This document shows positions 23,099 to 30,684 of a stretch of 64,000 nucleotides of DNA, one piece after another (position 1 is the stretch's first letter; each line of letters starts with the position of its first letter). The position numbers were made by a program, and so were the translations under genes. Below the pieces are notes generated by a model that worked only from the letters and a program-made list of their open reading frames with translations, had not been told where the DNA came from and did not search any database. Source of the DNA: Escherichia coli (GTDB lineage: Bacteria > Pseudomonadota > Gammaproteobacteria > Enterobacterales > Enterobacteriaceae); the NCBI RefSeq assembly GCF_050920415.1, contig NZ_CP169309.1; one strand, written 5' to 3'.

Positions 23099-23707
23099 TT
23101 ATTGCAACAGATTCTGACGGAAATATGGTAACACACGACTCCACTTATCATCCTGCCACGGTTGGAATTTTACATGCGCCGTTTCTCTGGCAAGGATTTC
23201 TCGCGCCCTGTTGAGTATCCGAGGATATTCTTGTTCGATTGAAGTGAATCTACCTGCTTCGCGATGCTCTGCGACCTGAAGAAGGGGCGTAACGTTCTGG
23301 CAGGCGGTTAACATCGTATCACTTGCTCGCCATAACCAGGCGAGTGTGCAAAGTTCGTTATCAGTGAATTGTTTTGTGATTGGGGATTGTTGAACTTCTC
23401 GATCGAGAATATCCAGAACCCAGCGGCGGAATTCTTTGGCCACAGGAGTACGAGCAAACATGGCGATCAAATGGGCTCCGCGAAGGCTAAATACTCGAGA
23501 CTCCTGCATTCCACGAGGGGTGGTCACTTTGACCACCCTTGTCATCATATCTGTGAATTCATCTGAGTGCCGAGAGTAAATGCGCTGAACTGCTTTATCG
23601 TCCGCATATTCCAGTGCTAAACCAACTTCAGTGGCAGTAAGCCAAATTCTGTTATTGTGGCAAATCGGGGTAAACGTCGTTTTGTGGAATGCTAATTGAG
23701 TAGTCAT
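23099..23707 (-). CDS. Bro-N / antirepressor-like domain protein
   Basis: Track ORF 202 aa MTTQLAFHKTTFTPICHNNRIWLTATEVGLALEYADDKAVQRIYSRHSDEFTD...; N-terminal region resembles Bro-N/KilA-N phage regulatory domains (pattern recognition only). Confidence 0.55.
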   Translation of the reverse strand: MTTQLAFHKTTFTPICHNNRIWLTATEVGLALEYADDKAVQRIYSRHSDEFTDMMTRVVKVTTPRGMQESRVFSLRGAHLIAMFARTPVAKEFRRWVLDILDREVQQSPITKQFTDNELCTLAWLWRASDTMLTACQNVTPLLQVAEHREAGRFTSIEQEYPRILNRAREILARETAHVKFQPWQDDKWSRVLPYFRQNLLQ

Positions 23708-23970
23708 AGTATCACCTCATCAGGTTAACCATCACCACCAACGACGCCAATCGACTGGTGGTGAACTGTGTAAGGTTGGCGTAACCGGCTACTCAAACCC
23801 GGCGCTTCCGAAGAAGCCCTCACACAGCCCACCATAATTTGGGCATAGCCGTGCTTAGCGCACAAAAAAACCGCTTAACGCGGTATGCGTTGAGTAGTAT
23901 CCCGGGACGCCAATCCCGTGTGCCGATTTTGCGGCAACGCACAGAATATAGCGCCGGATAAATCATGTCG

Positions 23971-24060
23971 TCAACCCCAGTAAATGGACACCATGATGAT
24001 CACAGCCATAGCTGCTACAACAGTTACAACTACCTCAGGCCAAAACATAACGATTTCCAT
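23971..24060 (-). CDS. candidate 29-aa hydrophobic micro-protein
   Basis: Manual translation MEIVMFWPEVVVTVVAAMAVIIMVSIYWG*, preceded by AGGTGA about 5 nt upstream; single predicted TM helix; below track size cutoff. Confidence 0.3.
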   Translation of the reverse strand: MEIVMFWPEVVVTVVAAMAVIIMVSIYWG

Positions 24061-24127
24061 ATCACCTTTAGCCGCCAGACGAATAGAGACTCCCAATTCT
24101 GGCTGTCGAAGTAAAACACCGAATGTA

Positions 24128-24211
24128 AAAAATCGTAGGTGCATTTCTGCATCTGTGAATGGAGATGAGAGTTTGGATTGTGTGTGCGCATAAACGTCCC
24201 CGTTTAGCGCA
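24128..24211. repeat. ~85-bp direct repeat, copy B (partner at 22194-22278)
   Basis: AAAAATCGTAGGTGCATTTCTGCATCTGTGAATGGAGATGAGAGTTTGGATTGTGTGTGCGCATAAACGTCCCCGTTTAGCGCA; about 6 mismatches versus copy A. Confidence 0.75.
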
Positions 24212-24519
24212 ACCCCACCACCGGGTGTTCAGGCCGACAGTAACTATATTATTCCCTACTGATTTTTGAAAATCAAAGGTCTTTATACGTCACACGAGAG
24301 CAAATATTTCCGAAGAAGAAACCTTTCGCCTTGAAAGGATAAAGAGTTCATTTCATAAATTGAAATATTCAATAAGAATATTGCAAAAAATGAAATTATT
24401 TACTAGCGAGTCTATCTAACTGATAATTATGAAGATTGTAAGCGGTAGCAATCACCCGCATACACATTGAACAGGATTTAATACAAAACGTCTTAAATTG
24501 TCCGTAAGGAATAGCACGA

Positions 24520-26022
24520 ATGACTCAAACTCCTCTATTACTTGCAATCATATTTTTATTGGTTGTTCTTGTTCTTTATATAGCTGCAATCAAACGCATC
24601 AAAAAAATACAATTAGAATTAAGTGATAGCAATCAAAAAAATGAAGAATACAAATCTCGCTTTGCAGATTATTTTAATGTAGAAGAAGAATGTAAGAAGC
24701 TTATTGAGAAAACAGAGCAAGAATGCTCCATAATAAAAGAAGAATCCCTAAAAGTAAAAGAAAATGCCAATAATGAACTAACAAACACCATTGAAAAAAT
24801 GGATGGTATCAATAAACAAATCCAAGAGCTAAGAAGAACTTATAAAGAGAAGAAAGAAATATATGATAAACTAGTAAGGCAAATTTCTATTTATTCAGAA
24901 GATGTTGAGCTAGCCGAACTAGGATTTTACGAACCTCATTTTAATTTTGAAGATTCAGAGCAATTTAAAAACAAAATAAAATCCATCAGGGATGAACAGA
25001 AATTAATGCTGCGGGATAAAACCCACTCTGGCGCAGTATATTGTACAACCCAATGGACTGTTGAAGGCTCTCGAGCAGAGGGTAAAAAAATGACAGACAG
25101 AAATATCAGGCTAACTACTAGAGCATTTAATAATGAATGTGATGCTGCAATTAGCAATTGCACGTGGAAAAACATCACTAAAATGGAAGAACGCATCACA
25201 AAGGCATTTGAGGCCATAAATAAACTAAACGAGCAAAATCACATATATATAAACACTAAATACCTCAATAAAAAACTTGAGGAATTGTGGCTTACCCATG
25301 AATATCGTGAGCAAAAACAGAAAGAAAAAGAAGAACAGGCAGAAATAAGGGCACAAATGAGAGAGGAGGAGCGTGCACAACGAGAAATAGAAAAGGCCAT
25401 GCAAGACGCAGAGGCAGAAGAGCGCCGTTATAAAAAAGCAATTGAAGCTGCAAGAAAGGAAATGGAAAAAGTTACTGGTGACATGAAGCAGCGCCTCGAA
25501 AATCGCATTGCCGAACTAGAACAGAGTTTGTCGCAGGCTGAATCAAAGCATCAAAGAGCATTATCCATGGCACAACAAACCAAACAAGGTCATGTTTATA
25601 TTATTTCGAACATAGGTTCTTTTGGGGAGAATGTTTATAAAATAGGCATGACACGACGTCTTGATCCGCAAGACCGTGTAAATGAGCTCGGTGATGCATC
25701 TGTTCCTTTTATTTTTGATGTACATGCCATGATTTATTCGGAGGACGCTCCATCATTAGAAAAAAAACTACATGATGTCTTCGATAAAAAGAGAGTCAAT
25801 CTTGTAAATCGTAGAAAAGAGTTTTTCTATGTTACTCTGGATGAGATCAAAGAAGCTGTTAAAAAACACTCTGATTCAGAAATTGAATTTATTGAGACAG
25901 CAGTCGCAAAAGACTTTAATGAGTCATTGGCTATTCGTAATCATGAAAATAAAAAAAGTGACAACAGCAACTCATCAATTATACCTGAGCGAAAAACCCC
26001 AGAGTTTGCAGATGCAATTTAA
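24520..26022 (+). CDS. membrane-anchored coiled-coil protein with C-terminal GIY-YIG/T5orf172-like domain (DUF4041-like architecture); candidate defence moron
   Basis: Track ORF 500 aa: N-terminal TM helix (LLLAIIFLLVVLVLYIAAI), ~300 residues Lys/Glu-rich coiled coil, then GHVYIISNIGSFGENVYKIGMTRRLDPQDRVNELG...EKKLHDVF...RKEFFYV; RBS AAGGAA; strongly AT-rich; opposite strand to flanking phage genes. Confidence 0.8.
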   Translation: MTQTPLLLAIIFLLVVLVLYIAAIKRIKKIQLELSDSNQKNEEYKSRFADYFNVEEECKKLIEKTEQECSIIKEESLKVKENANNELTNTIEKMDGINKQIQELRRTYKEKKEIYDKLVRQISIYSEDVELAELGFYEPHFNFEDSEQFKNKIKSIRDEQKLMLRDKTHSGAVYCTTQWTVEGSRAEGKKMTDRNIRLTTRAFNNECDAAISNCTWKNITKMEERITKAFEAINKLNEQNHIYINTKYLNKKLEELWLTHEYREQKQKEKEEQAEIRAQMREEERAQREIEKAMQDAEAEERRYKKAIEAARKEMEKVTGDMKQRLENRIAELEQSLSQAESKHQRALSMAQQTKQGHVYIISNIGSFGENVYKIGMTRRLDPQDRVNELGDASVPFIFDVHAMIYSEDAPSLEKKLHDVFDKKRVNLVNRRKEFFYVTLDEIKEAVKKHSDSEIEFIETAVAKDFNESLAIRNHENKKSDNSNSSIIPERKTPEFADAI

Positions 26023-26270
26023 TTAATTTGTAGTAGCAATAAAGCAGGCATCGTTGAGAATATTTTGTCAGCGATGCTTACTTCTCTAACAAAAACGGTG
26101 ATTACCAACGAACTAACGGACTTCAGGTAATCATAAGACAAATGGAACGACTCTCCGGTGATTAGATCCCTGCAATAACAGTAATTTTCTACTAACTGAA
26201 AAATCTTTAACTGCCGCTCCTATTTCTAAGCTGACTGCTAGATTACATGGTGTGTTACCGATGAAAACCG

Positions 26271-26573
26271 TCACAGCAAGTTTAAGTTCATATCTCCATA
26301 CACTGCCAACACTCGTTTCATCGCGGCACTCTGGCGACACTCCTTGAAAATCAGATTCGTGCTCACCTTTCCTTCCCGTTCTTCCCTGGTAGCGAACCGG
26401 TAATACACCGTTCGCCAGACCTTACCATCAACGACCAAGATTCCTGCCCGTGCCATTTTAGCCGCAGCCTGATTTATACTGGTTACTGTTGCGCCTGTTA
26501 CCGCAGCAACGTCCTGCGCACAGAAGCTCTTATGCGTCCCCAGGTAATGAATAATTGCCTCTTTGCCCGTCAT
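26271..26573 (-). CDS. ren: Ren protein (lambda Ren-like)
   Basis: Track ORF 100 aa MTGKEAIIHYLGTHKSFCAQDVAAVTGATVTSINQAAAKMARAGILVVDGKVW... Confidence 0.85.
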   Translation of the reverse strand: MTGKEAIIHYLGTHKSFCAQDVAAVTGATVTSINQAAAKMARAGILVVDGKVWRTVYYRFATREEREGKVSTNLIFKECRQSAAMKRVLAVYGDMNLNLL

Positions 26574-27271
26574 ACAGTTGCTCCTTTCAGTCCGAACTTC
26601 GCTTTGATTTCTGCGATCTTCGCCAGAGCCTGTGCACGATTTAGAGGTCTACCGCCCATGACAGGAAGTTGTTTTACTGGTTCAGGTATCGCCTCACCAC
26701 GGTTAATTCGCGCGGTCATACAAGTCAGTTCATCGGCAGCCTTGCGCCGTAATTCCGCATCAGTAAGCGCATTGGCCCGCATGTTCTGATACAGGTTGGT
26801 AACCAGCCAGTAGTGCGCGTTTGATTTCCACGGATAAGACTCTGCATCTGGATACAGGCCACGTTTCCGGCAATACTCGTAAACCATATCAACCAGCTCG
26901 CTGGCGTTTGGCAGCCCGGCGGTAACGGATGCTTCTTCCCGGCACCAGGCAACAAACTGCCCGGGTGATGGCAGGAATGGTCGATTCTGCCGACGGGCTA
27001 CGCGCATTCCTGCGTCAACCTGTTCCATCGTGGTGATCCCGTTTTCCCGGAAAGCCAGAACCCACTGGCGGCGGATTTCGTTCAGTTCGTTCTGGTCCCG
27101 GTTAGCCAGGCTCGCCGGGAAAGTTGCCAGTAACTGGCTGAACACACCATTGATGATCTGCGCTACCTGTTGTACCTGCGGCTTTTCGTCGTACTGTTCC
27201 GGCATGTTGTTGGCGATCCGGCGCATCTGCTCACGGTCAAAGTTAACCATCTGTGCGGCGATGTTTTTCAT
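26570..27271 (-). CDS. P: replication protein P (DnaB helicase loader, lambda P-like)
   Basis: Track ORF 233 aa MKNIAAQMVNFDREQMRRIANNMPEQYDEKPQVQQVAQIINGVF... Confidence 0.9.
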   Translation of the reverse strand: MKNIAAQMVNFDREQMRRIANNMPEQYDEKPQVQQVAQIINGVFSQLLATFPASLANRDQNELNEIRRQWVLAFRENGITTMEQVDAGMRVARRQNRPFLPSPGQFVAWCREEASVTAGLPNASELVDMVYEYCRKRGLYPDAESYPWKSNAHYWLVTNLYQNMRANALTDAELRRKAADELTCMTARINRGEAIPEPVKQLPVMGGRPLNRAQALAKIAEIKAKFGLKGATV

Positions 27272-28287
27272 AAATCCACCCCGTAAATCCAGTCAGTGTT
27301 TGTCAGGTCGAGTTTTGATTTTCCGGCTATCACGCCAGCCTGTTGCTTGTTACGGTTGATTTCGAGTTGGGTCCACTTGTCGCGGAGTTTGGCCGGACTT
27401 AGCACGTTACCGGACCAGAAGTTGTCCTGGCATGCCCAGCGGAACAGCACGCACATGTCGCGGTGGTTACGGCCGTCACGTTCACGCATCAGGCGGATAT
27501 CGTTAGCCCACCCTGCAAAATTCGGTTTTCTGGCTGATGGCGCGATGGTCTTCACCATGTCAAACATCCACTCTGCGGCGGTCAGGTCTTCTGCTGTCCC
27601 CCACCTGCTGCCGCTCTGAATTGCAGCATCTGGTTTCTCCACAGGAAGATCGTTTTCTGGTTGGTCAGAGGATTCGCCAGAATTCTCGGACGAAAAAGGT
27701 TTTATATTGTCTTTTGTTAGTTTGTCTTTTGTGTTTACCTGATTCGGGTAAGTGCCTTTACCTGATTTGGGTAAACTTTTCTTACCTGATTCAGGTAAAT
27801 TTACCTCTTTCAGGTAAACTTTATTTTTCTTACCTGATTCGGGTAATGTTGACCATTCACTGACCACATTATTAATGCCGATATTCCGCCCGCTCTGAAT
27901 AAAAATCCCACGCTTTACCAGAACACTTTTTGCAGCAGAACACTTGTGCGGCAATATCCCGGTCAACTCGGAAAGTTGCTCGTTGCTCACCCAATCCAGT
28001 TTTTTATTAAAGCCATATGTTTTGCGCATGACAGCCAGGAAGACCAGAAGCTGGTGCTGTGTTAATCCGGCCAGCATCACAGCTTCCAGCAACTCATTTG
28101 CAATGCGCGTATAACCATCATCGAGATCTGCCACGCGCGGCTCCTTTTGTGCCGCATCCGGCACTGGAAAATTGAATATCTCAGCAGTGTTTGCCATAAT
28201 TCCTCCCGCAATGAGTGTGTTACGATTTGCACCTGAAAGTCGGTTCTGTTCCCGCAGACCGACTTTCGCCATTTCTGAACCTGTCAT
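27268..28287 (-). CDS. O: replication initiator O (lambdoid O-like; origin iterons inside the gene)
   Basis: Track ORF 339 aa (start uncertain; internal Met at MANTAEIFNF...); C-terminal part resembles the lambda O P-interaction domain; iterons at 27735-27846 lie within the coding sequence. Confidence 0.8.
   Translation of the reverse strand: MTGSEMAKVGLREQNRLSGANRNTLIAGGIMANTAEIFNFPVPDAAQKEPRVADLDDGYTRIANELLEAVMLAGLTQHQLLVFLAVMRKTYGFNKKLDWVSNEQLSELTGILPHKCSAAKSVLVKRGIFIQSGRNIGINNVVSEWSTLPESGKKNKVYLKEVNLPESGKKSLPKSGKGTYPNQVNTKDKLTKDNIKPFSSENSGESSDQPENDLPVEKPDAAIQSGSRWGTAEDLTAAEWMFDMVKTIAPSARKPNFAGWANDIRLMRERDGRNHRDMCVLFRWACQDNFWSGNVLSPAKLRDKWTQLEINRNKQQAGVIAGKSKLDLTNTDWIYGVDL
27698..27846. 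repeat. ori: replication origin: five palindromic iterons (TACCTGATTCGGGTA-like) plus adjacent AT-rich segment
   Basis: Copies at ~27736-27750, 27759-27773, 27783-27797, 27802-27816, 27831-27845; AT-rich stretch 27698-27734 on the downstream side relative to O. Confidence 0.65.
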
Positions 28288-28823
28288 ATTGCCCCCAGCA
28301 TGGTGGTCACCATCGCCATTAATGGACCAGCCAGATCCGGGTCCACACGAAACATCGACACAATACCTTCACTCATTTCCTTCAGTTTCTGGTGGCGTGG
28401 TGCGTTGAGAATGACAGCCTGTTTTGCCTCACTGAGTTCCTTTTCCATTTCAGCCAACCGAGTCATGAAGCTATCCTGCTCAACCAGGTAACCGCGATAT
28501 TCCAGCGGTAGTACCGCCAGAATTGCCGGGGTCAGTTCACGCACGTTATTTCGGTATTTTTCAGAATCGAATTTGTTATCGAGGAAGCGGAACAGCTTCT
28601 GGCGTGCACGGCTGACATCATCAGGGAAATCGATGGTGCCGTCGCCCTGCTCCCGATACTCATTCACAATGAGTGCGGCAACGACATCCTGATTATCTAC
28701 AGCCGACCAGGCGCGGACGGCATCACGGATTTTTTCGTGGCCTGGAGCTTGTTTTGTTTGAGAACGATTTATCACCGCAGTCGGAATAAATCCGCTAGTC
28801 TGTTGGTATGTAAGTGGTTGCAT
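28284..28823 (-). CDS. YdaT-family protein (occupies the cII position)
   Basis: Track ORF 179 aa MQPLTYQQTSGFIPTAVINRSQ...ALIVNEYREQGDGTIDFP...RELTPAILAVLPLEYRGYL; resembles Rac YdaT by recollection. Confidence 0.5.
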   Translation of the reverse strand: MQPLTYQQTSGFIPTAVINRSQTKQAPGHEKIRDAVRAWSAVDNQDVVAALIVNEYREQGDGTIDFPDDVSRARQKLFRFLDNKFDSEKYRNNVRELTPAILAVLPLEYRGYLVEQDSFMTRLAEMEKELSEAKQAVILNAPRHQKLKEMSEGIVSMFRVDPDLAGPLMAMVTTMLGAI

Positions 28824-28892
28824 AATTGACTCCTTTAGTTTGAATTGACTGTTAAGTTGATTGCTTATTGTTAAAGAGCGTGAAATGGAAAT

Positions 28893-29123
28893 TTAAGCTG
28901 CGTTCTTTTCGGTGTGTGGAAACAACTTCGGAAGATCCGGGCGAATCTGGTATGCCTTCACAACTCCACCAGTAGCCGTAACAATGCTGCCGACATGTTC
29001 AGGGGATACCTTTGCTTTGTTGTGAAGCCACTTATAGACGGCCTGCTGTGAAACTTCGCAGGCATCGCCTAGTTTCTTTTGTGAACCAACGATATTGATC
29101 GCTGTTTTGATTGCTGGGTTCAT
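28893..29123 (-). CDS. cro: Cro/YdaS-type HTH regulator (cro analogue)
   Basis: Track ORF 76 aa MNPAIKTAINIVGSQKKLGDACEVSQQAVYKWLHNKAKVSPEHVGSIVTATGG...; divergent from the repressor gene. Confidence 0.65.
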   Translation of the reverse strand: MNPAIKTAINIVGSQKKLGDACEVSQQAVYKWLHNKAKVSPEHVGSIVTATGGVVKAYQIRPDLPKLFPHTEKNAA

Positions 29124-29227
29124 AACAACCTCCGTGGTTAATCCGAATCAAGATTAAAACTATGGTTGTTTTTAGTCAACAACCATTTTCGTTTGATGAA
29201 ATAAAACCTTGGTTGTACATTTGATCT
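29124..29227. promoter_or_regulatory. immunity-region operator/promoter region between divergent cro-like and cI genes
   Basis: Inverted repeats with half-site TGGTTGT/ACAACCA (e.g. ATGGTTGTTTTTAGTCAACAACCAT); same half-site recurs in the putative OL/PL region. Confidence 0.5.
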
Positions 29228-29917
29228 ATGAAAACAACACTCTCAGAAAGACTTAAAGAAGCCAGATTAGCGCGAGGCCTTACACAAAAGGCGCTTGGGG
29301 ATTTGGTCGGGGTTAGCCAAGCTGCTATTCAGAAAATCGAAACAGGGAAAGCTAACCAAACAACTAAAATCGTGGAGATCGCGAACGCTTTGGGTGTGCG
29401 CGCAGAATGGTTATCTTCTGGCGTTGGAAATATGTCAGACAGTACAGTGCAACCAATACAATCAACTGTCAGCCATTCCAAATACTTCAAAATTGACGTT
29501 CTTGATATAGAAGTCAGTGCCGGGCCAGGTGTAATCAACCGTGAGTTTGTAGAAGTTCTACGCTCGGTTGAGTACTCGTTTGACGATGCTCGTCACATGT
29601 TCGATGGCAGGAAGGCGGAAAATATCCGCATCATTAACGTGCGAGGTGACAGCATGTCAGGGACGATCGAACCAGGTGACCTGCTGTTCGTTGATATCAC
29701 TGTTAAATCTTTCGACGGTGATGGCATCTATGCGTTTCTGTACGACGACACTGCCCATGTAAAACGTCTTCAAATGATGAAGGATAAGCTGCTGGTTATC
29801 TCTGATAACAAGAGCTACTCGCCGTGGGACCCGATCGAGAAAGACGAGATGAACCGGGTGTTCATATTCGGTAAGGTCATTGGAAGCATGCCGCAGACGT
29901 ACAGGAAGCATGGTTAA
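29228..29917 (+). CDS. cI: CI-type repressor (XRE-family HTH + S24 LexA-like autopeptidase domain)
   Basis: Track ORF 229 aa MKTTLSERLKEARLARGLTQKALGDLVGVSQAAIQKIETGK...GDSMSGTIEPGDLLFVD...KRL; HTH and Ser/Lys-dyad motifs. Confidence 0.85.
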   Translation: MKTTLSERLKEARLARGLTQKALGDLVGVSQAAIQKIETGKANQTTKIVEIANALGVRAEWLSSGVGNMSDSTVQPIQSTVSHSKYFKIDVLDIEVSAGPGVINREFVEVLRSVEYSFDDARHMFDGRKAENIRIINVRGDSMSGTIEPGDLLFVDITVKSFDGDGIYAFLYDDTAHVKRLQMMKDKLLVISDNKSYSPWDPIEKDEMNRVFIFGKVIGSMPQTYRKHG

Positions 29918-30146
29918 TTTATCTACGACTTAAGGGAGCGAAGGTTAAGGTTTATACCACTCGGATTAGATATTGCACTAAATTCTCTATAAGAACGCCA
30001 AATCTGTTTGCATATTTCAGTAAATATTCTCGTTGTTAGCTGAGATTTGTTGCTACTGTCAGCAAAATGTCCCCCTATCTCGTAGCGGTTTTTATTTCGA
30101 ATCATTATGTTAAGATGTTTCTGATTATAATGAATGGAAACATAAA

Positions 30147-30527
30147 ATGAGAAAAATCCTAATCGCTGCCATGATGGCATCTGTATTGGCTGGGTGTGCT
30201 TCTTCAGGCAACCAGCAACTCAAAAATGAAACTGAAATTAGTGTCCAGTCTAAACTTCAGGAAGGTAAAACAACCAAGAATGAGGTTAAATCTTACTTTG
30301 GTTCTCCTGATGCTGTTTCATATACTGACAGTGGAAACGAGATCTGGAAGTACGCCTTTGCAAAAGTAAAAGTTAATGGCACCACTTTTATTCCATTCTA
30401 TGGATTATTCCATAATGGAACGAACGGTACGAAAAAAGAACTTACTATTCTTTTTAACGATGACACGATTAAGAAATACACAATGTCAGAAACCCAAATA
30501 AACTCGAAATCAGGTTGGGCTGACTGA
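30147..30527 (+). CDS. lipoprotein of unknown function, located directly downstream of cI (rex position)
   Basis: Track ORF 126 aa MRKILIAAMMASVLAGCASSGNQQLKNETEISVQSKLQEGK...; lipobox LAGC; AT-rich; followed by a terminator. Confidence 0.7.
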   Translation: MRKILIAAMMASVLAGCASSGNQQLKNETEISVQSKLQEGKTTKNEVKSYFGSPDAVSYTDSGNEIWKYAFAKVKVNGTTFIPFYGLFHNGTNGTKKELTILFNDDTIKKYTMSETQINSKSGWAD

Positions 30528-30535
30528 TAATCATA

Positions 30536-30560
30536 CCCGGCAACCGCGCCGGGTTTTCTT
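30536..30560 (+). terminator. putative rho-independent terminator after the lipoprotein gene
   Basis: CCCGGCAACCGCGCCGGG followed by TTTTCTTTTCC. Confidence 0.55.
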
Positions 30561-30684
30561 TTCCTCCCCCTCATAACTCATACCGTCCAAAAAACCACCA
30601 CACCTCACTTCAGTTATCGCTATGCGATGCAAGTCACAAAATAAATCCATCCTAAATACAACCAGTTATATTTAAAACAACCGA

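Noticed and set aside
26131-26340. 69-aa minus-strand ORF downstream of the 500-aa gene, considered as a possible second component of the candidate defence module
   Set aside because: Overlaps the 3' end of ren, has no RBS and is on the opposite strand to the 500-aa gene; no evidence for a two-gene system, so the candidate is treated as single-gene.
27735-27846. Short repeats with roughly regular spacing, considered as a possible CRISPR array
   Set aside because: Repeats are 15-bp palindromes (TACC...GGTA) with irregular 4-14 bp spacers, lie inside the O coding sequence and are followed by an AT-rich block; this is a lambdoid origin, not a CRISPR array.
29923-30180. 85-aa minus-strand track ORF between cI and the lipoprotein gene
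   Set aside because: Overlaps the lipoprotein promoter/RBS region and start codon on the opposite strand, with no RBS and a low-complexity translation; considered spurious.
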